This document shows, piece by piece, positions 38,388-48,367 of a stretch of 62,826 nt of DNA (positions within the stretch are counted from its first letter, which is position 1; each line of letters starts with the position of its first letter). Source of the stretch: Bdellovibrionota bacterium (GTDB taxonomy: Bacteria; Bdellovibrionota_C; UBA2361; JBGSMV01). The translations under genes were made by a program, and so were the position numbers. Below the pieces are notes generated by a model. It made no database searches. It was given only the letters and a program-made list of their open reading frames with translations, and was not told the origin of the DNA. Where the stretch lies: assembly GCA_041739995.1 (NCBI GenBank), contig JBGSMV010000034.1:1-62826 (forward strand), written 5' to 3'.

Positions 38388-39836
38388 CTAGCGAGTGCCG
38401 GCCATCGTCTTCGGGTCGAGAACCTCTTTAAGCTTCTCTTCGCTCAGAAGCTTCTTCTCGCGTACGAGTTCCACGATACCTTTGCCTGTCTTTAATGCTT
38501 CGGCTGCAAGCTCTGTTGCCTTCTCGTAGCCAATTACCGGATTGAGCGCCGTCACCACTCCGATGCTGCGTTCAATATAGTGCCGGCAATTCTCTTCGTT
38601 GGCCTTAATCCCATCGATGCAGTTCGTGCGCAGACAATTCACTGCATTCATGAGCAAGGTCTGAGACTCAAGGATGCACGCTGCAATAACCGGCTCCATC
38701 ACGTTCAACTGAAGCTGTCCTGCTTCCGCGGCCATTGTAACTACTAAGTCGTTTCCAATCACTTTGAAGCAGACTTGGTTCACCACTTCTGGAATTACAG
38801 GGTTTACCTTTCCTGGCATGATTGACGATCCGGGCTGCATGGCAGGTAGATGAATCTCCAACAGGCCTGCACGAGGACCAGAGGCGAGCAGGCGTAGGTC
38901 ATTACAGATCTTAGAGAGCTTGATTGACAAGCACTTTAGGACCGACGCATACAGCACAAACGCCTGGGTATCCTGCGTCGCTTCTATCAAATTCGGCGAC
39001 AAGCGGACTTTTTTCCCAGAAATCTCAGCCAAATGACGAGTGCATTTTTCAGCATAGCCGGCTGGTGCATTTAGGCCCGTGCCGATTGCTGTGGCGCCCA
39101 TGTTCACTTCGAGAAGCGCATTCTCTACGCGTTCCAAGGCCATCTTCTCGTCCTCTATGCTGGTGGCGAACGCTTCAAACTCCTGACCCAAGGTCATGGG
39201 CACCGCGTCCTGCAGTTGTGTACGCCCCATCTTAAGAATGTGCGCAAACTCTTTTCCCTTGTTACGAAATGAACTGACCAGGTTTTTCACCTCGGATATG
39301 AGCCGTGTGTTTGAGAGTGCCATGGCGATATGTAACGAGCTTGGGTACGCGTCGTTTGTAGATTGAGAAAGATTTACATGGTCATGCGGGTCGCAATGCT
39401 TATAGTCGCCCTTTGCCTTTCCCATGTGCTCAAGCGCACGATTTGCGATCACTTCGTTTGCATTCATGTTGGTCGAAGTGCCCGCACCACCTTGAAAGAC
39501 ATCAAGCACAAACTGATCGTGGAACTGACCTTCAATCAGCTCGTTGCAGGCAGTTTCCATCGCCTTTAAGACGTCCTTCGGAAGCTGGCCTACGTCGTGG
39601 TTCGCGCGCGCAGCGGCGAGTTTCACCATTGCGAATGCACGGATCAGATCGGGGTAGTGATTAATGAGGACCCCTGAGATCTTAAAGTTCTCGATAGCAC
39701 GTGCGGTCTGTACCCCGTAGTAGGCTTCGGCGGGGATTTCCTTTTGACCAAGTAGGTCGTGCTCGGTGCGAGTAGCATTTGAATTGGCGCCTGCTTTCGT
39801 AGAACCACCTGTTTTCGTAGAACCACTGACTGCCAT
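38388..39836 (-). CDS. aspA: Aspartate ammonia-lyase
   Basis: YYGVQTARA, QGGAGTSTNMNANEV, GRTQLQDAVP, GSSIMPGKVNP. Confidence 0.95.
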   Translation of the reverse strand: MAVSGSTKTGGSTKAGANSNATRTEHDLLGQKEIPAEAYYGVQTARAIENFKISGVLINHYPDLIRAFAMVKLAAARANHDVGQLPKDVLKAMETACNELIEGQFHDQFVLDVFQGGAGTSTNMNANEVIANRALEHMGKAKGDYKHCDPHDHVNLSQSTNDAYPSSLHIAMALSNTRLISEVKNLVSSFRNKGKEFAHILKMGRTQLQDAVPMTLGQEFEAFATSIEDEKMALERVENALLEVNMGATAIGTGLNAPAGYAEKCTRHLAEISGKKVRLSPNLIEATQDTQAFVLYASVLKCLSIKLSKICNDLRLLASGPRAGLLEIHLPAMQPGSSIMPGKVNPVIPEVVNQVCFKVIGNDLVVTMAAEAGQLQLNVMEPVIAACILESQTLLMNAVNCLRTNCIDGIKANEENCRHYIERSIGVVTALNPVIGYEKATELAAEALKTGKGIVELVREKKLLSEEKLKEVLDPKTMAGTR

Positions 39837-40086
39837 AAAAGACCTCGCAAGATATGGATTTATAGGGAATTGACTGGGCTTCTTCTACTCCACCTTCCGA
39901 TGGAGTCTCAATGGTGATGCCACTTTTGAGACGACATTCTGACCATAGAATCCTGAGTGTTTTCATCAATATTGCCCCGATTCGTAGGCTGAATTCGCGC
40001 CGCTTTGCCCTGACTGAATGAAGTATGAGAGCCTCGTGCGACAGCAGCGATGCTGCCCAGAGTTCCGACACGATAAGTGAGGGTGC

Positions 40087-40644
40087 ATGGATCAGTCCAA
40101 CGAAGTTCGATCGGTTGTGGAAGAAGCAGTGGCCCCGGCCAATCCGCTCGAAGGCGAGTTTTCTGGCGCATTCCCGATTTCTCCTCTCTTCGCAGTCAAG
40201 CAGTCTCTGCCCATCTTATTTTTGATTGTTGTTCTGTTGGGGCTCTTCTTCTTTGGAGGCCCCGCGTTTTCCACTAGAGTCGACAATTTTCAAGCCTCCC
40301 TCGGAGTTGACCAGCCCGTGCTGTACTACAGTGCTTGCGGCATGCTGTTGCTTTCGGTGTTGTACTGGCTTGCCTATATCGCACGGTTTCGCTTTGGTAT
40401 TTCCCAAGACGTTTTCTACATCAAGAAGGGCGTGTTTATTCAGAGCTCATTCGATTATCCGATGCGTGCCATTGCAAACATTGCAATTAAGCGTGGTTTT
40501 TTCGACTTTTTCTTCATGCTAAGCACTTTGGTGATAATGACTGCGCATGATGAATCGGATGATCTCGCCAGCGTTCGTGGGCTGCGGTGTTCCTCGGCAG
40601 AAGAGCTGCACCGACTTTTGAGAGATGTCCTGGTAAAGAAATAG
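40087..40644 (+). CDS. Membrane protein with bacterial PH (YdbS-like) domain
   Basis: Two TM helices, then YIKKGVF...I.NI.I.RG.FD...LSTL.I.TA. Confidence 0.7.
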   Translation: MDQSNEVRSVVEEAVAPANPLEGEFSGAFPISPLFAVKQSLPILFLIVVLLGLFFFGGPAFSTRVDNFQASLGVDQPVLYYSACGMLLLSVLYWLAYIARFRFGISQDVFYIKKGVFIQSSFDYPMRAIANIAIKRGFFDFFFMLSTLVIMTAHDESDDLASVRGLRCSSAEELHRLLRDVLVKK

Positions 40645-40699
40645 TTACCTCGATTGGGCGATCAGAGAAATGTGCGACTAGGGGTTTAGGGAGTTCTTT

Positions 40700-42025
40700 A
40701 TGAGACGTTTTCAGACATGGTTCCGAGCTGCAGGGTCACTTTTGATCGCTGTCGCGTATTGCGTAAATAGCTTCAATGCAGAGCCTGCGAACGCCGTGGC
40801 TGCAGAAGCACCCGAACGCCTTTCGGTCGCCGAGCTTCAGCAGCTGGTCGATCCGATTGCGCTCTACCCCGATAAATTGCTGCAAAATATTTTAGCGGCA
40901 TCCACCTTCCCTGACCAACTGATCGATGCGGCACTGCTGATAAAAACGCAAGATGACCCCAAGATGATCGAAAAGCACAACTGGGACACCTCAGTAAAGA
41001 TTATTGCGAGCTATCCAGGCGTGCTTGGAATGATGCATAAGAAAATTGGCTGGACCACGTCGCTTGGCGAAGCGTTTATGAATCAGCATCGAGATCTCCT
41101 CGCCGCCATTCAAACACTACGTCGCCAGGCAAAGGAGAGCGGCGAGCTTGCGTCGGATGAGCATCAGAAAGTCACGGCTGAAAAAGCGGACACTGGTACT
41201 CAAGTGATCGTAATTGAGTCACAAAATCCAGAAGTAATTTACGTGCCGTCCGATCCTGTCTATGTGAGTTCAGGGGGGAGCTATAACAATAATAATGACT
41301 CGTTAGTGCCGCTTGCCACGTTTGGTCTTGGGCTTGCTTTAGGTGCTGCGATGAGTGACGACGACGATGACCACTATTACTATGGTGGCTGGGGTGGTCC
41401 CTCGTACTGGTACAATGATTCTCCCTATAACCAATGGGCGGATAATCGGCGTGAGGCTTGGGAAGATCATAATGATCGTGCTTGGGATCGACAGGATCAC
41501 CGCCAGGACCAGCAACGTGATCGACAAGATTTTCGCCAGGATCAGATCAAAGACGGAAATTGGAATCCGCCTAGCGCTGAACAGCGCAACGCCGCGAGGC
41601 AGAACGCGACGGATAGACAGGCTGTTCGTAGCAATACGAACGTGCAAGACCGAGCCAACACGGCGCGGGCGAATAACACGGGCGGACTCTCTGGTTCTAA
41701 TGGCAGTTTCTCAAGGTCCGGTTCTTCGAACGCCTATACGCGTACAGCGGCATCCAGTAGCTATTCTCGTAGCGGCCCGAAAAGCATCTATTCGGGAAGC
41801 TCCGCATCTCAGTCGCGAGGTTGGTCAACGCAATCAGCATCACGTACACAAAGTCGCTCTGCCTTTTCTGGTTATAGTTCCCGAAGCCAAGTGAGTTCAT
41901 ACGGTTCACGTGGGTTTTCAAGTCGCAGTAGCGCCGGATTTTCACGCGGTGGTGGTGGCGGGTTCTCCGGTGGCGGCGGTCGCGGTGGCGGTGGTGGTCG
42001 AGGTGGCGGCGGCGGACGTCGGTAA
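40700..42025 (+). CDS. DUF3300-family protein with Ser/Arg/Gly-rich tail
   Basis: LVDPIALYPDKLL.NILAASTFP, WDTSVK, LGEAFMNQ, PEVIYVP. Confidence 0.88.
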   Translation: MRRFQTWFRAAGSLLIAVAYCVNSFNAEPANAVAAEAPERLSVAELQQLVDPIALYPDKLLQNILAASTFPDQLIDAALLIKTQDDPKMIEKHNWDTSVKIIASYPGVLGMMHKKIGWTTSLGEAFMNQHRDLLAAIQTLRRQAKESGELASDEHQKVTAEKADTGTQVIVIESQNPEVIYVPSDPVYVSSGGSYNNNNDSLVPLATFGLGLALGAAMSDDDDDHYYYGGWGGPSYWYNDSPYNQWADNRREAWEDHNDRAWDRQDHRQDQQRDRQDFRQDQIKDGNWNPPSAEQRNAARQNATDRQAVRSNTNVQDRANTARANNTGGLSGSNGSFSRSGSSNAYTRTAASSSYSRSGPKSIYSGSSASQSRGWSTQSASRTQSRSAFSGYSSRSQVSSYGSRGFSSRSSAGFSRGGGGGFSGGGGRGGGGGRGGGGGRR

Positions 42026-42082
42026 CCCTAAACCCCATAGACCTCGATAGTATAAATATGCAGTGCGAAGGAGATGTGAGCT

Positions 42083-43042
42083 ATGAAGCGTAATGCGATT
42101 CTAGTGGGAGTGATGAGTGCTTTGTGGGTGTCGTTGGGGACCGTGCATGCGGCAATTCCCGAACCTAAGGTGTTTAGGACGCCAGAAGAAGCAGCCATAC
42201 AGCTAATCGAATCAATGGGCACCAACGATCCTGCACAATTGAAATTGATTTTTGGACCAGGGTCAGAGGATGTTATCTCGTCAGGAGACCCGGTGGCGGA
42301 TCGTGCCTCGCGCAAGATGTTCGTCGCACTCGCGGCCGAGACCTATGACGTAGAGACTGTTGAAAGCGGGAATGCCACTTTGGTACTTGGCTATCGCGAG
42401 TGGCCCTTTCCCATTCCACTCGTAAAGTCAGCCAAGGGCTGGTCGTTCGATGTGAAGCAGGGTGCAGAAGAAATTCTCGATCGTCGCGTGGGAAAGAATG
42501 AGTATAACACCATCGATTCGCTTAATGCGTTTGTTCAGGCGCAGAAAGACTATTTTGAGCTGAAGCCAAACGGTATTGCCGAGTACGCCCAGCGCCTCGG
42601 AAGCACGCCGGGTAAAAAGGACGGGCTTTTTTGGCCACGTAGTCCCAAGGAAGCAATCAGTCCACTAGGACCACTAGTCGTCGAAGCGATGGCCGCGGGC
42701 TATAAGACGCGTGAAGATGCTTTACGTGCGTTTCATGGCTACCACTATCGCATCTTAACACGCCAAGGCGCTGCAGCACCGGGTGGTGCGCTGGATTACT
42801 TGGACGCTGAGAAGCGCCTCGCCAAAGGCTTTGCGTTCTTGGCATACCCCGTAGATTGGGGCACGTCTGGAGTAATGTCATTTATCGTGAATAAGGATGG
42901 AACTATTTACGAAAAAGATCTTGGGTCGAAAACTATTGCTGTTGCTCAGGCCATGACGGAGTACGACCCAAGCAAGGGATGGAAGGCCGTAAAAATGGAC
43001 GAAGAAGAGCCTGAGATGTTTCAGTCAAAGGATGACGCTTAG
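42083..43042 (+). CDS. DUF2950-family protein
   Basis: SGDPVAD, WPFPIPLVK, RRVGKNE, DGLFW, FHGYHYRIL, SGVMSFIVN. Usual partner of DUF3300. Confidence 0.9.
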   Translation: MKRNAILVGVMSALWVSLGTVHAAIPEPKVFRTPEEAAIQLIESMGTNDPAQLKLIFGPGSEDVISSGDPVADRASRKMFVALAAETYDVETVESGNATLVLGYREWPFPIPLVKSAKGWSFDVKQGAEEILDRRVGKNEYNTIDSLNAFVQAQKDYFELKPNGIAEYAQRLGSTPGKKDGLFWPRSPKEAISPLGPLVVEAMAAGYKTREDALRAFHGYHYRILTRQGAAAPGGALDYLDAEKRLAKGFAFLAYPVDWGTSGVMSFIVNKDGTIYEKDLGSKTIAVAQAMTEYDPSKGWKAVKMDEEEPEMFQSKDDA

Positions 43043-43184
43043 GTAAAGCGCATATTCCGCTCGGTAACTTTTCTCTGTGACTTTCCTTAGCGACCTGCTG
43101 CGCACGTTGTCCCGTTGTGCAACCTCTTTGTGCAGCTCCTTCCTGTGGTACTGCCACTTAGGTCGTATTGTTGTTAGAATCTAG

Positions 43185-43240
43185 ATGCGGCGAAGCGACG
43201 CGAAGCGTGGGGTTACAGGGCCCCACGCGGAGCTTGGAGC
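43185..43240 (+). repeat. Dispersed structured element, copy 2
   Basis: ATGCGGCGAAGCGAC - hairpin GCGTGGGG/CCCCACGC - AGCTTGGAGC. Confidence 0.45.
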
Positions 43241-43564
43241 TCGTCGGGGCAGTCCAAGGACGGACTGCCCTGATCAGATAAACAAGGGACTAGTGTTCCG
43301 CCGCACCCAGCTTGTTGTCTCGGTATTTATGAATCGGAACACTAGAGCCTCAACCTCAACTGAGCTCCCCGGCCTAGAACAACAATTGTCTGCTGGCGGA
43401 AGCTACTACTGACGATTTGGAGTTGGGCCGACTAAGAAATCCGGCCATTTTGGCGGGTGTGAGGGGTGTGATTGAATTGTCTTGAATTTGCTTCAAAGTC
43501 GTTGTTGAAATGCTAATATCCCTGTTCGGCAGACAAATGTTTCTAAGAAATTGTTGCTTCGTTA

Positions 43565-43979
43565 AGGAATTCCAAATTCACATTCATAGATCGAGTTCGT
43601 CTCGATGGGATACTCGTGTGTAAGTTTACGGGAGTACTCAGTGCAGAAGCCATTAATCCACTGTTGCAGGAGTTGAGGCAGTTCGAGGAGAGAAAAAGAC
43701 GGCTTCAATCGCTTTTCGGATATGAGTGAGCTGAGCGGGATCTCGCTGACTGTCCAACAAATTCATTCGATTGCTGAGCGACGGGCACGTGAATACAGCG
43801 GCCCGCCGGTTCGCTCGGCCATGTGCGCACAAAACTCGCTCATATTTGGGATGATGAGAATTTACGCGGCGGTGGTCTGTCGAGCTCCAATAGAGGAGTC
43901 GGTGTCGTACGATATAAGCGCGTATACCAAGTGGCTCAGTATTTCGGAAGCACAGCTGAAGCAGTGGATTTCGGCCTGA
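43565..43979 (+). pseudogene. Frameshifted small hypothetical (STAS/SpoIIAA-like) gene
   Basis: NSKFTFIDRVRLDGILVCKFTGVLS...FEE joins DGFNRFSDMSELSG... across GAGAGAAAAAGAC (~43691-43700). The first segment lacks an ATG. Confidence 0.5.
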
Positions 43980-44180
43980 TTCTCTTATCGGCTCCCGGAG
44001 GAACAGTGGAAGTGCTTTGTTGTTGGAGCGCTTGTGCCTCTATTGCCTCAAGATCAGGTTTAGGTCTTTCAGTTGCGGCTCTTAGGTGCTTGCAGGCAGT
44101 CCCGGTTCAAAGATATTCATGGCGCCGCCAATTCCTTTGCTGATAAATTGATTTAACTTTTTCTAACTAACGGATTGCGC

Positions 44181-45257
44181 ATGACTACTCCCAAAACTGA
44201 GCAAGATATTACTCGCACAATGCTCTCAGTGTTGTTCATCAGCGTTCTTGCAATTGGGAGCTTCTGGGTGCTGCAGCCATTTCTTTCTGCCTTCATCTGG
44301 GCGGTTATGATTGTCATTCCAACTTGGCCACTGATGTTGCGCCTTACGAGTCGTCTCGGTGGACGCCGTGCGCTCGCCACTTTTGTCATGACCTTGGCGA
44401 TGTGCCTAGTGGTGCTTATCCCATTCTGGCTTGCTATTCGCACGGTGGTCATACACTCCGACACTATCTCTGGGTGGGCTTCTACCGTTTCTAATTTCAA
44501 ACTCTCCAGCCCTCCTGATTGGGTCTCCGAGGTTCCAGTGATCGGGGCGAGAGTTGCCAACAAGTGGAACGAATTGGCTCTTGCCGAACGGCACGATATT
44601 GAAGCGACGGTGACCCCGTATTTAGTAAGTGTGGTTAAGTGGTTTCCTGCACAGCTGGGTAATGCAGGGGGCATTTTTATCCATTTTCTTTTGACGATCG
44701 TGATAGCAGCAATTCTCTATATGCGAGGTGATGTTGGAGCTGAAAAAGTACGCGCTTTCGCACGGCGTTTAGGTGGTGAGAGAGGAGAAGCAGTCACGTT
44801 ACTCGCCGGACAAGCAATTAGAGCGGTTGCGATTGGAATTGTAGTGACCGCGCTTGTGCAGGCACTTGTCGCTGGTATTGGTCTCGCCATGGCCGGAATT
44901 CCGTTCGCATTCCTCCTGACAGCTCTGATTTTCTTGCTCAGTCTTGTGCAGATCGGAGCTGGCCCGGTTCTTATTCCAACAATCATCTGGCTCTTCTGGA
45001 CTGGCAGTACCGGCTGGGGCACGTTCATGTTGTTGTGGTCCGTTCTTGCTATGGGCCTCGATAACTTTTTAAGACCGTTTCTCATTAAGCGCGGCGCCGA
45101 TCTTCCGATGCTCCTTATCTTCGCAGGTGTGATTGGGGGTGTTCTAAGTTTTGGAATTCTCGGACTCTTTATTGGCCCGGTAATTCTTGCAGTTACCTAC
45201 ACGCTGCTCGAAGCCTGGATTGGTGCTGGGATAAAGAAGAAGGCCGCAATGATTTAG
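44181..45257 (+). CDS. ydiK: AI-2E family transporter, YdiK-like
   Basis: WAVMIVIPTWP, LAGQAIRAVAIG, DNFLRPFLIKRGADLP, GLFIGPV. Confidence 0.85.
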   Translation: MTTPKTEQDITRTMLSVLFISVLAIGSFWVLQPFLSAFIWAVMIVIPTWPLMLRLTSRLGGRRALATFVMTLAMCLVVLIPFWLAIRTVVIHSDTISGWASTVSNFKLSSPPDWVSEVPVIGARVANKWNELALAERHDIEATVTPYLVSVVKWFPAQLGNAGGIFIHFLLTIVIAAILYMRGDVGAEKVRAFARRLGGERGEAVTLLAGQAIRAVAIGIVVTALVQALVAGIGLAMAGIPFAFLLTALIFLLSLVQIGAGPVLIPTIIWLFWTGSTGWGTFMLLWSVLAMGLDNFLRPFLIKRGADLPMLLIFAGVIGGVLSFGILGLFIGPVILAVTYTLLEAWIGAGIKKKAAMI

Positions 45258-45434
45258 CGTTCGCAGAAGGCTCCTCAGTATCCCTAAGGCTGGGCACGCT
45301 TTGCGACTGGGCAATTTGCGGCCTGGAACATACGGACAGCTCCCCCTTTGCGGAGAGCGCGCTCGGTTAGCCAGAAGGAACCGAAAATTTGATTTAGGTT
45401 GGTTCCAGAGAGGAGGCTGAAACGGGCCGGTAGC

Positions 45435-45872
45435 TCAACTCCATTCAAGAACTCGGTAGCCCTTATCCTCAAGGCAAGCGTTCACGTACTGCTGAAACAC
45501 CGGATCTCGAGCACCGCGCTCATTGATGCCTTTCATGGCGCTCGCAGTAGTGCCGACCACCGCTCCCGCGGCAGCACCGCGACCAGTATTCCCCATAATT
45601 GCACCACCGACTGTTCCCAGCAGTGCGCCCTTCGCTGCACCACGGAGTCCGGCTCGTGCCCCCGAACCTGGCTGCTTCGACTGCTCCGCGTACTGACCTG
45701 CATTGCTGCTACAGCTTGCAATGTCTCTACTGGCCTGCGCCTCACCGACTTGGGAAAGGTGCTTGTTTGGGTACAACTTTGGTTTTGGATCTGAGCGCAG
45801 CTGTGCCGAAGCGTTACCGACAGCAATCGAGCCAATTAGCGCTACACAGAGCGCGATATGCACATATTTCAT
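45435..45872 (-). CDS. Secreted glycine-zipper protein
   Basis: Signal peptide, GAAKGALLGTVGGAIMG, ACLEDKGY. Confidence 0.8.
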   Translation of the reverse strand: MKYVHIALCVALIGSIAVGNASAQLRSDPKPKLYPNKHLSQVGEAQASRDIASCSSNAGQYAEQSKQPGSGARAGLRGAAKGALLGTVGGAIMGNTGRGAAAGAVVGTTASAMKGINERGARDPVFQQYVNACLEDKGYRVLEWS

Positions 45873-45884
45873 TAGTTTACCCTT

Positions 45885-46517
45885 TTAACCGTGAGATTTT
45901 TCTATGCGCTCACTGAGTAGCTTAGCCCATTCTTGGAAAACCGATTCGGTATGTCCCCACTTACTGAGGCCAGAACCGTACTCGTAGCGCTTGCCTTTAC
46001 TTGACGCCATAATCGCTGCTACTCGACGCCCAGTAATGGAGTCAATCAGATCGACTTCCATCGAAGCTCCTCCTAGTCCCCCGCCGGTAATGAGCGAGCC
46101 GGGATGAATGTTCATTAAAGGGATGCTTGGATTTGCATCGGTAATAGCAATCCGCAAAATTGCAACGCGCGGGGCCGCCGTTTTGACCATTTGGTAGCGA
46201 GAGCCTAGGTTCGTGATGATTTCTTTGCGAAAGTTTTCGGCGAGTTCGCGAAGTTCTTCGTCTTCTAACTCGCGCTCGAGTCCTTCTTCGTTAAGATAGA
46301 CTGTTACGGGTGGGACGATAAAGCTGTCGTACCCCGCGAGCGGGAAGGGTTGGCTCTTGAAAACCATTACGTCATCGATTTCTGAATCGGGCTGCATCGC
46401 ATTATAGACCCGACTGTCGCCTAAAAATCCGGAAGGTTGATTTTTTACCGTGGCGCAGCCCACGAAAAGGGTGGAGGCGACTGCAGAGAAACCAAGCAGT
46501 TTGATAAATGAGTTCAT
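45885..46517 (-). CDS. DUF3313-family lipoprotein
   Basis: FVGC lipobox, SGFLGD, LRIAITD, GGASME...DS.TG. Confidence 0.8.
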   Translation of the reverse strand: MNSFIKLLGFSAVASTLFVGCATVKNQPSGFLGDSRVYNAMQPDSEIDDVMVFKSQPFPLAGYDSFIVPPVTVYLNEEGLERELEDEELRELAENFRKEIITNLGSRYQMVKTAAPRVAILRIAITDANPSIPLMNIHPGSLITGGGLGGASMEVDLIDSITGRRVAAIMASSKGKRYEYGSGLSKWGHTESVFQEWAKLLSERIEKSHG

Positions 46518-46679
46518 AGAATGCTCCAACAAGTGCTCCACGAATGCGGGGCTTTTGAATGGCGTCAAGACTAGCGCCGCTCTGCGGGTAAGTGCAAGTC
46601 GAAACTGCCGCAGTGAATCCGTTTAGCGAGGTGGGCAGGCTGACGCGGCGCTTTGGCTTGTGCTTCCAATAGCTGGCGC

Positions 46680-48128
46680 CTAACGCAAAATCAGCATGTA
46701 AACGATAATAATGGCGGCGCCCAGCACGTCAAAGAATATTCCGGCACGGCGCATGTCTTTGGCGGGCACACGCTTGGTGCCGTATACGATGGCATTCGGC
46801 GGCGTAGAAACTGGCAACATAAAGCCAAAACTAGCGCCAAAGGTAGCTGCAAGCACAATGCTCGTCGTTACTTCCGTACTTGAGCCGCGGGCAGCGGTAG
46901 CGCCGATGATCAGGGGGATCAGGATTGAAGCCGCAGCCGTATTCGAGGCGAATTCGGACATGATGATGCTGGCGATAACCACCAGAGCGCCGATCAGTAT
47001 CGGGTGTGGCATGTGTCCGCCAAACAGAGCCATGCTTATATCCTTGGCCGCCCCGCTCGTCTCAAGCAGTACGCCCAGAGTCAAACCTCCGCCGAACAGC
47101 ATTAGGGTGCCCCACTCGAGTTGATCCGTTTCGGACCAAGAGAGATTCGGGCTTATTTTCTTACCGTCACGCACGGGCAAGAAGAACGCCATTAATCCCC
47201 CAGATAATCCCACCATACTCATCGACAGGCGCGAATTAAGCACAGTCAGAACGGAGTTGTCCGGATAAATAGTGGCGAGAATGCTAGGGAAAATCCAAAG
47301 ACAAATAGTGACCACAAAAATCGAGGCGATCTGAATCTCACCGACTTTCATCGGGCCCAATCCCTTAAGCAGTTCACGAAACTGCTTTTTAATACCTGGA
47401 AAGTTCAGCTTGCCCACTGGAAAACAAAATTCAAATACGAGGAACAGTACCACCAGCATCGCCAATGAAATGGGCAGCCCGATAAGCATCCACTCAAAGA
47501 AGCCAATATCGATGCCTTGGGCCGCCAGAAATTTAATGGCAATCAGATTTGGCGGTGAGCCGACCGGTGTGACCAGCCCGCCGATACTTGCCGAGAACGC
47601 ACAGGTCAGAAGTAAGCGCACGCCTACACGCTGGCGCGTTTCTTTGTGGGGAATTTGAGGCTCAAGGCTGGCAAGTATTCCCAAGGTAACCGCCGCAAGA
47701 ATCGCTGTGGCCGAGGTATTAGAGATCCACATGCTTAAAGTATAAGAGGACAGGGCCAGCACTAGACTAATGCTCCGAAACGACGTCCCGGGCATGCATC
47801 GGCCGAGCAGAAAGTAGGCCAAGCGTTTGTCGAAGCCGTGCTTCTCCATCGAGCGGCTCATCAAGAAGCATCCGAGAAACAGAAATAAGATATCGCTCCC
47901 GAACGATTCGAAAGCTTTGTCGGCAGGCAACACACCGTACAGAGTGGCCAGGACGGGCACCAATAGTCCGGTCACCGGCAGAGGAACCGCTTCGGTAAGC
48001 CAAAATCCAATGATCGTAAGAAATATGGAAAGGACGGCTGGATGCGCGAAGTCCAGGCTAAAGCAAAGTGCAGGGGGAACCAGGAGAAGCGCAGCGATAA
48101 GCTGAAAGCTGATCTTCGGGGCGTTCAT
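46680..48128 (-). CDS. DASS/SLC13-family sodium:anion symporter
   Basis: WISNT, TPVGSPPN, EFASNTA, LPVSTPPNAI. Confidence 0.92.
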   Translation of the reverse strand: MNAPKISFQLIAALLLVPPALCFSLDFAHPAVLSIFLTIIGFWLTEAVPLPVTGLLVPVLATLYGVLPADKAFESFGSDILFLFLGCFLMSRSMEKHGFDKRLAYFLLGRCMPGTSFRSISLVLALSSYTLSMWISNTSATAILAAVTLGILASLEPQIPHKETRQRVGVRLLLTCAFSASIGGLVTPVGSPPNLIAIKFLAAQGIDIGFFEWMLIGLPISLAMLVVLFLVFEFCFPVGKLNFPGIKKQFRELLKGLGPMKVGEIQIASIFVVTICLWIFPSILATIYPDNSVLTVLNSRLSMSMVGLSGGLMAFFLPVRDGKKISPNLSWSETDQLEWGTLMLFGGGLTLGVLLETSGAAKDISMALFGGHMPHPILIGALVVIASIIMSEFASNTAAASILIPLIIGATAARGSSTEVTTSIVLAATFGASFGFMLPVSTPPNAIVYGTKRVPAKDMRRAGIFFDVLGAAIIIVYMLILR

Positions 48129-48367
48129 ACTTTAATGCTCATGTAAAGCTAGGTTTGCTCGGCGCGAAAGACAGGTGGTTTAGTATGAGTATTAGTGCGG
48201 CGCCATGCTACTGATCGTGACTTTCTATCCTTGAGTTTTCGCTATTTGACCGGAGACAATTAGACCGAATGCCTGATTGTGAGAATAGAAAATCGAGATT
48301 TACAGCTTAATCTAATACTTCCGCGCCCTTTTCAATGCGGCGTGCACATTCTAAGGGTGGAAGCAGT

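Noticed and set aside
39795..39826. 18-nt duplication at the aspA 5' end (GSTKTG GSTKAG)
   Set aside because: In-frame duplication in a disordered N-terminus.
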